A stretch of 64,000 bases of DNA from Candidatus Delongbacteria bacterium (GTDB lineage Bacteria > UBA4055). Shown piece by piece: positions 9,279 to 18,606 of the stretch. The stretch lies in the NCBI GenBank assembly GCA_003252515.1, contig QKDR01000159.1, forward strand, positions 4,811-68,810, given 5' to 3'. Within the stretch, counting starts at the first letter, position 1. Every line of letters begins with the position of its first letter. A model generated the notes under the pieces. It made no database searches and was not told where the DNA came from. It saw nothing but the letters and a program-made list of their open reading frames with translations. A program made the position numbers and the translations under genes.

Positions 9279-11075
9279 ATGGCAAATAAAAAACAAAAAT
9301 CTTCACAACCTACATTAAATCTACTCAGTGATCAAGCAGTCGGAGAAGGTACACCTATTTCAGCTGATGGATTAGGGTTTCATATGTATTCAAATGTATT
9401 ATCAAGTGTAGCTATCGAGACTCCTGGGCCTTTTACAATCGGTGTTTTTGGTGAATGGGGAACAGGAAAAACTAGTTTGATGAGAATGGTAGAAGAAAAT
9501 CTATCAAAAGAGAAGAATATTATTACAGTATGGTTCAATGCTTGGAGATACGAAAGCGAAGAACAACCGATTGTACCATTAGTAGCAACGATTGTTAGAG
9601 AGATAGAGCGCAATAAGAATTTCATCCAGACATTAGAAGATGGAGGAAAAAGTTTACTTCGAGCCCTTAAAGCCGTTGCTTATGGATTTTCTGCTAAAAC
9701 AAAAGTTAAAGTTCCTGGATTTGCTGAAATAGAAGCATCTTTTGTAGCTAAAGATATGATTGATCGTTCTGAAAATATTGCACCTGACCCACTTCTTGAT
9801 AGAAGTATTTTTTTTGAAGCTTTTCAGCAATTATCTAGCGTTCGAATTCCAAAATCAACGCGTGTAGTAGTTTTGATAGATGATCTAGATCGTTGTTTCC
9901 CAGATAAAGCTATTGCATTACTTGAGAGTATTAAACTTGTTCTAGCCCAACCAGGTTTTATTTTTTTTCTTGGTGTTGCCAGAAAAGTAATTGAAGGCTA
10001 TCTACAGCACAGATATGAAATAGAATATGGTATTAATGGGTTCGAAGGATATGCATACCTCGACAAGATTATACAATTACCATTTCATATTCCTCCCCAT
10101 CGTAACAGAATGTCTACTTTCTGGGAGAATGTGATATCTCGATTGAATGCAGCAGACAGGAAAAGTTTTAGAGACTTAGTTCCAATCATAAACCTTGCAT
10201 CAGGTAGTAACCCTCGTTCGGCAGTGCGCTTTGTAAACAATCTTTTAGTAGACCGAGCTATATTTAAAACAACTGCTGGTGATTTAGCACTTAGTGAAAT
10301 GCCAATTGCTTTTTTTGCTATCTCAAGAAGTATCGAACAAAGATGGCCAACCATATTCTCTCTTCTATCTAGATCTGAAGAAATTTGCGAAAAAGTTGTA
10401 TCTTGGACATCCACACAATTACCAGATATAGATTCTATTGAGCAGCCAGAATTAAGAGAGGTCGCTGCTTTACTAAAAGCAGATCAAGAACTTAATGGAT
10501 TACTTGCATCTAACTATGGTAATCATTGGTTAAGTGAACATAATCGCAGAAATGCTACCATTGATTTTCTACAAGAAGAACGTTCAGAAGTTGAAGAAGT
10601 AGAAACCTATTCTCAGTCGATTTATTATGATATATTCCTTAGTTACAGTTTGGAAGATGAAAAAGCTGCTACTGAGATAAGTAATGTTCTAAAAAATATA
10701 TATGGTCTAAATGTTTTTGATATTAACAAGAGGAGTACATCTTTGCCTGTATCAATTCAATCCCTCGTTGAAACCTCAATAAATTCTTCCCAGATATTAG
10801 TTGCTTTGGTAGGAAAATCCTATAGTAACTCAAATGTATTTTATGAAATAGGTCTAGCTCTAGGGCGAAATAAAACTGTCATTCCATTAATTCTTCCAGA
10901 TGCTGAAATAGAATCTACATTACTAAACTTAGAACACCTCAAAATTAATGAAATTAATAAAGAATCTCTTTACCCAATTTATGAATCTTTCAAAAAGAGT
11001 CAGAGAGATCTTTTTAGTGAAATATCTAAAAATCTATTTAATAGATCAATGCAATTTAAAATTCCAAGAAAATAA
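9279..11075 (+). CDS. KAP-family P-loop NTPase fused to a C-terminal TIR domain (candidate anti-phage defence protein)
   Basis: KAP hallmarks: Walker A GEWGTGKTS (nt about 9448-9474), WFNAWRYE, and Walker B VVVLIDDLDRC (nt about 9867-9899). No TM insert. The TIR domain spans aa 449-560: YDIFLSYSLEDEKAA...SIQSLVETSINSSQILVALVGKSYSNSNVFYEIGLAL, with Glu in the position of the plant/bacterial TIR catalytic Glu. The gene's GC content and codon usage are visibly lower than its neighbours. RBS AAGGA. Confidence 0.8.
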   Translation: MANKKQKSSQPTLNLLSDQAVGEGTPISADGLGFHMYSNVLSSVAIETPGPFTIGVFGEWGTGKTSLMRMVEENLSKEKNIITVWFNAWRYESEEQPIVPLVATIVREIERNKNFIQTLEDGGKSLLRALKAVAYGFSAKTKVKVPGFAEIEASFVAKDMIDRSENIAPDPLLDRSIFFEAFQQLSSVRIPKSTRVVVLIDDLDRCFPDKAIALLESIKLVLAQPGFIFFLGVARKVIEGYLQHRYEIEYGINGFEGYAYLDKIIQLPFHIPPHRNRMSTFWENVISRLNAADRKSFRDLVPIINLASGSNPRSAVRFVNNLLVDRAIFKTTAGDLALSEMPIAFFAISRSIEQRWPTIFSLLSRSEEICEKVVSWTSTQLPDIDSIEQPELREVAALLKADQELNGLLASNYGNHWLSEHNRRNATIDFLQEERSEVEEVETYSQSIYYDIFLSYSLEDEKAATEISNVLKNIYGLNVFDINKRSTSLPVSIQSLVETSINSSQILVALVGKSYSNSNVFYEIGLALGRNKTVIPLILPDAEIESTLLNLEHLKINEINKESLYPIYESFKKSQRDLFSEISKNLFNRSMQFKIPRK

Positions 11076-11362
11076 TCTTGATAAAATAGTCAAATAAAAT
11101 GAGAACATCAGAGAATTCAAAGTGCAAATATATATCCTCTTGATACTAATGATTATTTAAAACAGCACGAACTCACAACATTGGCAAAAGAGAAATGCGC
11201 GGGGAAATTATTTGCACTCCTTTTTACCATGACCGTTAGCTTGAATAGAAATTACAAGGAATGCTATTTCCGGTCATCTAAGGTCCGAATACCTGTTCCT
11301 ATTCTGTCAAGAACTATAATCCTCTATATCTAATACTTAAATCTTTTAGTCGTAGCTGGAAA

Positions 11363-12541
11363 CTAATTGATTTGATATTTCTTTCTCATCTCAGATTCAT
11401 AGCCGAAATATCTGTTCCTTATCCCGTCCAGTTCATCAACGGAAGTTGAATCAAAATCAAAGCTGTACTTAAGTCTGAGACCGAGTTCCGAATTACTGAA
11501 TCTGATAAAATTCTTAAGGCTGTTACCTTTCTGGTAATACCTGAGTATCTGAAGTATCCTGAGCCCGTCTATCTTTTCGTGGCAGGCGCGGATAAATAAT
11601 TTTTCCGTCTTGAAATTATTTCTCAGAGGTTCCCATATGTTTTTTCCGAACGCTTCATATAAATATCCGTCTACAGGAGTCTCAACATCGCGCCTGAACA
11701 GCTCAGGAAGCAGCCTGTAAGTTTCACCTATCCGACTGAAAGCTTCAATGTCATAGAACGGATAGCTTTCCCAGTCACCGGACATACCTTTCGACACTGC
11801 GGGTCCCGTTCCGAACGGCACTCTGTCGGATTCGCGCGCTGAAGGATAAACTGCTTCTTCGTTCCAGACCATGATATCACCGGCTTTTTTCATTCTGTTC
11901 ACGAAGTAGAAATCCTCGCCGGCCTGCTTCGGGGTTATACCGCTGATCTTCCTGTATCCGCCGATCCTGAAAGAAATAGCTGACCCCATAGCCGTAAAAG
12001 CATAAGGAGAATAGACTTTCATAAGGTTCAGCAGGTAGTACCTCATGTAAAGTTCATACCTCAGTATCGCCCGGTCAACGCTTTCATTCCCGATGAGTTC
12101 ATGGTAGTACGGATTTGCAAGAAGAAGCGTTTTTTTATTCTTCCTGAATATATCACGAACAGATTCGATGTAACCTCTTCTGATCCTCGTATCGGCATCA
12201 AGACTTATTACGATATCGTCATCGTCCGATTCACTGTTTATCGCTTCAAAAAGTACCTTTCTCGCATAACCGACACCGCGCCGCTTTCCTTTCCATCCAT
12301 TTCCTTCCGACGCTCTGTCTGTCAGAGTTATGTTCAAGTCCCTGATGTTTTTTATGTATTCTATTGTTTCCAGATTATTTTCGCACAGTTTCTTTTTTAC
12401 AGGATCGTTCCACCACTCATCGGGATTGTTAACGCAAATATAAATCCTGAAGTCCTGAAATGACTGCGCTCCCAGATCTCCGATAAGCCCCTGAATGTGA
12501 TCATTCTCGTTCAGAGCAGGTATTGCTACGAAAACATTCAA
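11363..12541 (-). CDS. Glycosyltransferase family 2 (GT-A fold) protein
   Basis: VAIPALNENDHI at the N-terminus and a DADT (DxD-like) motif, typical of the GT2 core. TTG start. Confidence 0.7.
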   Translation of the reverse strand: MNVFVAIPALNENDHIQGLIGDLGAQSFQDFRIYICVNNPDEWWNDPVKKKLCENNLETIEYIKNIRDLNITLTDRASEGNGWKGKRRGVGYARKVLFEAINSESDDDDIVISLDADTRIRRGYIESVRDIFRKNKKTLLLANPYYHELIGNESVDRAILRYELYMRYYLLNLMKVYSPYAFTAMGSAISFRIGGYRKISGITPKQAGEDFYFVNRMKKAGDIMVWNEEAVYPSARESDRVPFGTGPAVSKGMSGDWESYPFYDIEAFSRIGETYRLLPELFRRDVETPVDGYLYEAFGKNIWEPLRNNFKTEKLFIRACHEKIDGLRILQILRYYQKGNSLKNFIRFSNSELGLRLKYSFDFDSTSVDELDGIRNRYFGYESEMRKKYQIN

Positions 12542-12672
12542 CTGGTTTCCGTTATATTATTAAACTTGATTTTTAATGCCGTAACCCCTATCTTTTCAAA
12601 GAGTGATAATATAAAGCAATCTCAAAACAATGGCAATGATAATAGGCTGACAATCCAAAAAAGGAGGAATTC

Positions 12673-13167
12673 ATGAAAAGATTTTTACTAACCGTTATTG
12701 TAGTTTTCAGTATCGCCATTATCGGATGCGGAAGCGGAAAGAAAGATGCAGCTGCTGCTACTGAGAAAAAAGCCGAACCTGTAAAAGAAGTCAAAAAAGA
12801 ACTTGCCGTTACAATGATGATCGGTGAAGAAGAATTAAAATTCTCCGGGGCAAGTTTTCTGAGTAATGCAATGACACCGGCTGACGACACGACAAAATAC
12901 ACTCTTTACGGAACCCCTGCAGGCGGAGACAAAGACGCTCTTAACATCGAATTCGACTCAGCGAAAAAAGGAGAAGCTCAGGAAGCATATATTTCCCTGA
13001 AAAACTACACAATCGAGAAATCATCGGTCACTATTGCTAAATTTGAAATACAAAAAGGTAAAGTATTAGCTGCTGAAGGAGTCTTTTCAGGTCAGCTGAA
13101 AAAACATGACCCTAACGGTTTCCCGACAGGAGAACCTATAGACTTTACAGGTACTTTTGTAAAATAA
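12673..13167 (+). CDS. Lipoprotein, function unknown
   Basis: Signal peptide with lipobox (AIIGC|GSG), a Lys/Ala-rich linker, and strong RBS AAGGAGG. Confidence 0.5.
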   Translation: MKRFLLTVIVVFSIAIIGCGSGKKDAAAATEKKAEPVKEVKKELAVTMMIGEEELKFSGASFLSNAMTPADDTTKYTLYGTPAGGDKDALNIEFDSAKKGEAQEAYISLKNYTIEKSSVTIAKFEIQKGKVLAAEGVFSGQLKKHDPNGFPTGEPIDFTGTFVK

Positions 13168-13310
13168 ATTTTAGTACACATATTCTTACACTGAAAATAT
13201 AATCATATTATATGATATTTTCCATTTGCCACAAGGCATTTTATCAGATATATTAATAACTTATGAAAGAGAAAGTCGAGAATACTATATTTATGCCGCG
13301 GGGAGATCTT

Positions 13311-15500
13311 ATGTTGAAAAGAACTGCAGTTTCTGTACTTGCGATCTTGATAATTTTCTTCGTTTCATGCGACAAGGACGAAGGAGGCGATCCTCCTCAA
13401 AATATTTATCCCGAGATAACTTCATTTACTTCATCGGTTTCCAGCGTTCATCCCGGAATACCTGTTGATGTCTCGGTCACGGCTTCTGACACTAACGGTG
13501 ATGAACTGACGTATTCATATCAGTTCATGGGAGGCCTTCAGGGAACGATCACAGGTACCGGTCCTGACGTGACTGTAACTCTTTCATCGACCGGTCAGCA
13601 TGACCTACAGGTCACGGTCAGTGACGGGAACGGCGGGTCTGCTTCGGAGTTCCTGTCGATCACAGGAGTCAACAATAATCCCGTAATAACCAACATAATC
13701 TCAGACAACACTGAGATACTTATAGGTTCAACAGTGAATATTACCGTAACTGCCAGTGATGCAGATGCTGACAGCCTTACTTATGAATATAACGTAGATA
13801 CCGGAGGTAATATTATTCCATCAGGCAATACAGCTTCAGTCGAAATTAATTCCGTGGGTGACAATGTTGTTTCAGCAGTTGTCAGGGATAGCTTCGGAGG
13901 CAGTGATTATTCCAGTATTACCGTTACGGGTACAATGTCGACTCCGTCAATAACCGCCATGACAGCCGGGAGTACTCTTATTCAACAGAACGAATCTACT
14001 TCTGTAACTTGCACTGCGGTAGGCGGAACAGGATCGCTGAGCTACTGGTTCTCCGCAATTGAGGGATATCTTGTCCAGTCCGGAAATAATGCGACTTATA
14101 CTGCATCCGGTTTCTTTTCAGGAATTGATGTAATTACAGTTCAGGTTACCGATTCCGTGTTCAATCAGACCGAAGATACATTAAGCATCAGAATAAATCA
14201 GAAACCCTCTATATCCTCTTCAGGTGTCACTTTTGCAACGATCGGAAAAGGAATGACAACAGAGCTATCGGCGACAGTATACGATGAAGAGAACGACCCT
14301 GTTTATTATGCGTGGTCAATATTAAGCGGTACCGGTACGATTACAGGCAGCGGTCCAGCAGTTTATTATACTACTGAAAGCTACGGTGATCATTATATCG
14401 AAGTGTCAATCGGGGATACTTACTGGACGAATACTGATAGAGATACCGTCCATGTGTTCTGCGAACCTCAATGGCAGCCGGTTCCGGAAGTTAACGCCAT
14501 TGCGGAACAGTTTCTGGATATTGCCACTTATAATTCAGGTCTGTATGTCACACATAATACTCCCGATTCAGCTGTTCAGCTGATAAAATATAACGGGACA
14601 TCATGGGACAATATTGGAGCTTCTTTCAGCGGAAGCGGCTGGAATGTCGGTAAACTGATGCTTACAGGATCGGATATGTATATGCTCAATTCGTATTTCG
14701 ACTGGAGTGTATTCATGGAAAAGAGAGCTGTTTACAAGTTTAACGGCAGTGGATGGAACGTTCATGCTCCTCTCGGCGACGGAGGCAGTACTGACTGGTT
14801 CGACGCCGCAGCCTACGGTAGCGTTATATATCAGGCATATTCGAATTCAAAAACAGTCGTCGAAAGATTCGACGGAAGCTGGAGTATAATCGGTGATTCC
14901 TTATCCTTAGGAGATTCGTACACTAACTCTATCGCTGTTGATCCGAACGGCAACGTATATCTCGCGTTCGTAGATAATGAGGACAACGATCCGTTAACGG
15001 ACGATATACTGAAGGTTATGAAATGGAGCGGGGTTTCATGGTCTACTATCGGGAACGGTTTCACGGACGGAGAAGCTCTCGGTCCTGTGATCAAGATGAA
15101 TGGTGACATACCGTATATCGCGTTCCAGGACAGAGCGCACAGCGACAGGGTCACCGTCATGTACTACGACGGAGCGTGGAACACTGTTGGGGATCCCGGT
15201 TTCCCGTACTGGCTCGGTGGGACTGGAGATCCCGATCCGGTGATGGGAGGAATAGATTTCGTCTTCGACGGCGACGACATTTACTGCGGATACCAGCAGA
15301 CAGGACTTACAGGATTAAATAAAACAAGTCCGTCTGTTATGAAATGGAACGGTTCCGAATGGACACTTGTCGGTATCAAACACGTAACAGGTACGACTCC
15401 GTGTTTCGGTATGAAAATTGTCATTGACTCGAACGGGATTCCTAATTTCATTACTGCCAAGGACGACAGATCGTACAGCACGGTCTATAAGTTCGAATAG
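13311..15500 (+). CDS. Large secreted lipoprotein with four tandem Ig-like (PKD/cadherin-like) domains and a C-terminal beta-propeller-like repeat region
   Basis: Start moved to the ATG at 13311 (MLKRTAVSVLAILIIFFVSC lipobox, RBS GGGAGA). Four copies of P.IT...V.VTASD.D.D.LTY.Y. The C-terminus has repeated W..(I/V)G motifs. Confidence 0.6.
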   Translation: MLKRTAVSVLAILIIFFVSCDKDEGGDPPQNIYPEITSFTSSVSSVHPGIPVDVSVTASDTNGDELTYSYQFMGGLQGTITGTGPDVTVTLSSTGQHDLQVTVSDGNGGSASEFLSITGVNNNPVITNIISDNTEILIGSTVNITVTASDADADSLTYEYNVDTGGNIIPSGNTASVEINSVGDNVVSAVVRDSFGGSDYSSITVTGTMSTPSITAMTAGSTLIQQNESTSVTCTAVGGTGSLSYWFSAIEGYLVQSGNNATYTASGFFSGIDVITVQVTDSVFNQTEDTLSIRINQKPSISSSGVTFATIGKGMTTELSATVYDEENDPVYYAWSILSGTGTITGSGPAVYYTTESYGDHYIEVSIGDTYWTNTDRDTVHVFCEPQWQPVPEVNAIAEQFLDIATYNSGLYVTHNTPDSAVQLIKYNGTSWDNIGASFSGSGWNVGKLMLTGSDMYMLNSYFDWSVFMEKRAVYKFNGSGWNVHAPLGDGGSTDWFDAAAYGSVIYQAYSNSKTVVERFDGSWSIIGDSLSLGDSYTNSIAVDPNGNVYLAFVDNEDNDPLTDDILKVMKWSGVSWSTIGNGFTDGEALGPVIKMNGDIPYIAFQDRAHSDRVTVMYYDGAWNTVGDPGFPYWLGGTGDPDPVMGGIDFVFDGDDIYCGYQQTGLTGLNKTSPSVMKWNGSEWTLVGIKHVTGTTPCFGMKIVIDSNGIPNFITAKDDRSYSTVYKFE
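13410..14460 (+). repeat. Four tandem repeats of about 270-285 nt encoding Ig-like domains inside the CDS
   Basis: Repeated PEITSF..., PVITNI..., PSITAM..., PSISSS... units with a conserved VTASD.D.D.LTY core. Boundaries approximate. Confidence 0.5.
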
Positions 15501-15525
15501 ACTTTCTTAAAAACCGGGGGATATA

Positions 15526-18498
15526 ATGAAATACATGAAGCGCGCGACAGGGAATATACTTATACTGCTGATCAGTTTTGCAATGCAGGCAGCTATTCCT
15601 GCGGGTTACTATGATTCCGCTACAGGAACCGGATACACGCTGAAGACCCAGCTGCATAATATAATCGACGATCATACTGTAGTTTCTTATGATGCACTTT
15701 GGACACATTTCCAGAGTACAGACGTGGATAATTACTACGAGAACGACGGTAGTGTGCTCGACATGTATTCTGAAAATCCCGCCGGCACTGATCCTTACGA
15801 ATTTACATTTGTCTCCAACCAATGCGGAACGTACTCTGTTGAAGGCGACTGTTACAATAGGGAGCACAGCTGGCCGAAAAGCTGGTTCAACGACGCGTCC
15901 CCGATGTACTCGGACATTTTCCACCTCTACCCCACCGACGGGAAAGTGAACGGGATGAGAAGCAACTGGCCTTTCGGTGAGACGAACGCGCCTACATGGA
16001 CTTCACAGAACGGCTCAAAACTCGGACCCAGCGCTTATCCGGGCTATACAGGTACAGTGTTCGAACCGCTTGACGAGTTCAAAGGCGATTTCGCCCGCAG
16101 TTATTTCTACATGGCGACCCGTTACGAGGACGTGATATCCGGATGGCCGGGCTGCGACATGCTCGACGGATCAGCCGACAAGGTATTTACCGACTGGGCT
16201 CTGAACATGCTGATCGACTGGCACAACGCCGATCCCGTATCACAGAAAGAGATAGACAGGAACGACCTTATTTATACTAACGTTCAGCACAACCGCAATC
16301 CATTCATAGACCACCCGGAGTATGTGAATTATATCTGGGGCGGTGCCGCTCCTGTCCCTTCCGTCAATTTTGTAACCACATCCCAACAGGTCGAGGAGAG
16401 TGCCGGGTCTTTAGGAGTATATGTTTCTATATCTCAGGCCATCCCGGATGATGTTACCGCTAATTTCACTGTAACGGGAACAGCTTCGAACGGTTCAGAC
16501 TACACTCTTTCTCAGAACTACGTTCTTTTCCCTGCTTCCGCTACTGTCAGCCAGTATGTGACGCTTACAATAACTGACGATACAGAACCGGAGGATTTCG
16601 AGTCGATAATCATAACTATCGATAATCTGGTAACAGACAATACCGAAATAATCATAGGCAACAGTGATGAGATTATCTTCACGATCAACAACAACGACGG
16701 GTACGACGCAACACCGCCGTACATATACAATCATATACTTCTGAACGATTCGACACTGGTACTGGATTTTTCAGAGAACATGGATCCGGTCACAACAGAA
16801 ACGCTGACGAACTACGTCGTTGACAATAGTGTCGGCAATCCTCTTTCCGCCCTTCTCGGATATGAAGGCGATTCATCTAAGGTCGAACTGTCCTTCCCCG
16901 TATTTTCATCAGGTATAAACTATCAGCTTACTATAAACAACGTTGAAGATCCTGCCGGTAATACGATAGCCGCGAACACTACCGTTAATTTCGCGGTCTC
17001 GTCAGGAGGAGGGAACGGCTGGATCGAATATTTCGAGGACGCAACCTTCTCCAGTTATTATACCGGAACGGTCACCTACCCCACCGGAGACTGGGACCTG
17101 GTAAACGTATACCTCGAGCCTGCAAGCGAAGCTTACGAAGGCGAACATGCAGTACGAATGAACGATGATACGGCAGGAGCGTCCGTAACCACTCCCGCAA
17201 TAAACGGCGTCGATTCCGTGATTTTCTACTACCGCGCCCTGAACAGTGAAGCCTCATCTTCAACTTTCTGGCTGCAGAAATCCGTCGACGACGGAGCTTA
17301 CACGAACGTTCAGAGCCAGGCATTTCAGGCCAGCACTTACAGTCAGTTCGCATATAAGGTCAACGACACATCCGATAACATAAAGCTAAGGGTTCTGAAC
17401 GACAATCAGGCCGGGCATCTTATAATTGACTGCTTTAAAGTCGTAACATTCTCAGTACCCGCGCCTGACACAACTCCGCCTACTATCACGGGACATGAGA
17501 TCAGCGGCACGGATATTATTATATCTTTCGACGAGGAACTCGATCCGGCTACATCAGAATCCGTTATCAATTATGTGCTTGATAACGGGGGAGATAATCC
17601 GTCGGCAGCTGTACTGGGCTATCTCGGTGATCCGGCAAAGGTAGTTCTTTCATACCCTTCGTTCATTGAGGATGTCACCTATACGCTAACAATAAATAAC
17701 GTGGAAGATCTCGCAGGCAATCCTGTAGCGGCAGGTTCGACGGTCCAGTTCATAATTAATTCGACAGGCGGCGGAGGTGGAGAAAGCTGGATCGAAGATT
17801 TCGAACTGGCGAACTGGGGAACATACTCCACCGGCACATTTACTTTATCTACCGGAGACTGGGATATAGTTGATGTCTATCCCGAAACATCATCATCGAC
17901 TTCATATGAAGGATCTCATGCTGTCAGGCTGAATGACGACTCGAATAATTCATCCATCACTGCTCCGGCGGTAAACGGTGTCGATTCAGTGATATTCTAT
18001 TTCAGGACTTTGAACCAGGAAGCTGCCGTTTCTACTTTCTGGCTTCAGAAATCTGTAGACGGCGGAGCATACACGAATATTACGAGCCAGCCGTTCCAGA
18101 ACAACACTTACGCGATGTTCGCACACAAAGTGAATGACGCATCAGATAATATCAGACTGAGGATTCTGAGCGACCAGCAGTCAGGTCACCTGATAGTGGA
18201 CTACTTCAAAGTCGTCACTTTCCCTGTTAACTTGAATTCTCCTGCCAATGTATCCACAGTAATAAGCGGCAGTGATATAACTTTAAGCTGGGATGCTGTG
18301 ACCGGAGCTTTATCATATGATGTGTACTCGTCAGATCTGCCGTACGACGGTTTTGCATGGGAAGCAACAGTAACTGTACCCGAATACACGACCTCCTGCA
18401 GTGAAGCGAAAAAATTTTATTATATACTGGCGAGCGATCAGGGAACGAAGAAGATCGACCCGAAAATATCTCACGAGAGATTTATTGAGATAAAATAA
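15526..18498 (+). CDS. Secreted multidomain nuclease: Endonuclease I family (EndA/NucM/Bsn-like) domain + Calx-beta + two 254-aa tandem repeat domains + FN3-like tail
   Basis: Signal peptide. Endonuclease_1 motifs (NREHSWPKSW, NRNPFIDHPE). Calx-beta-like segment (VNFVTTSQQVEESAGSLGVYVSI...LTITDDTEPEDFE). Two roughly 60%-identical 254-aa units. C-terminal LSWDAVTGALSYDVY (FN3-like). Confidence 0.7.
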   Translation: MKYMKRATGNILILLISFAMQAAIPAGYYDSATGTGYTLKTQLHNIIDDHTVVSYDALWTHFQSTDVDNYYENDGSVLDMYSENPAGTDPYEFTFVSNQCGTYSVEGDCYNREHSWPKSWFNDASPMYSDIFHLYPTDGKVNGMRSNWPFGETNAPTWTSQNGSKLGPSAYPGYTGTVFEPLDEFKGDFARSYFYMATRYEDVISGWPGCDMLDGSADKVFTDWALNMLIDWHNADPVSQKEIDRNDLIYTNVQHNRNPFIDHPEYVNYIWGGAAPVPSVNFVTTSQQVEESAGSLGVYVSISQAIPDDVTANFTVTGTASNGSDYTLSQNYVLFPASATVSQYVTLTITDDTEPEDFESIIITIDNLVTDNTEIIIGNSDEIIFTINNNDGYDATPPYIYNHILLNDSTLVLDFSENMDPVTTETLTNYVVDNSVGNPLSALLGYEGDSSKVELSFPVFSSGINYQLTINNVEDPAGNTIAANTTVNFAVSSGGGNGWIEYFEDATFSSYYTGTVTYPTGDWDLVNVYLEPASEAYEGEHAVRMNDDTAGASVTTPAINGVDSVIFYYRALNSEASSSTFWLQKSVDDGAYTNVQSQAFQASTYSQFAYKVNDTSDNIKLRVLNDNQAGHLIIDCFKVVTFSVPAPDTTPPTITGHEISGTDIIISFDEELDPATSESVINYVLDNGGDNPSAAVLGYLGDPAKVVLSYPSFIEDVTYTLTINNVEDLAGNPVAAGSTVQFIINSTGGGGGESWIEDFELANWGTYSTGTFTLSTGDWDIVDVYPETSSSTSYEGSHAVRLNDDSNNSSITAPAVNGVDSVIFYFRTLNQEAAVSTFWLQKSVDGGAYTNITSQPFQNNTYAMFAHKVNDASDNIRLRILSDQQSGHLIVDYFKVVTFPVNLNSPANVSTVISGSDITLSWDAVTGALSYDVYSSDLPYDGFAWEATVTVPEYTTSCSEAKKFYYILASDQGTKKIDPKISHERFIEIK
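16714..18237 (+). repeat. Two 762-bp direct tandem repeats (in-frame, coding) within the nuclease gene
   Basis: Units start at PPYIYNHILLND (16714) and PPTITGHEISGT (17476). Both end ...HLI(I/V)D(C/Y)FKVVTF. Confidence 0.8.
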
Positions 18499-18606
18499 CC
18501 CGAAATTATGTATAGCGGGAATTTAAAGAAATAAATATCTTTTTGTTTTTAAGAAAGTTATATTATCTAATATATTATCACGTAAACTTAATTTCAGGAG
18601 TAACAA

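Noticed and set aside
9009-11362. Integrase, transposase or tRNA target that would define the island as a classical mobile element
   Set aside because: No such ORF or tRNA-like sequence was found in or next to the island, so I make no mobile_element feature call. The HGT inference rests on composition and context only.
16714-18237. Possible CRISPR-like or other non-coding tandem repeat
   Set aside because: The repeats are 762 bp, in-frame and encode homologous protein domains. There are no short spacer-repeat units or cas genes anywhere in the window.
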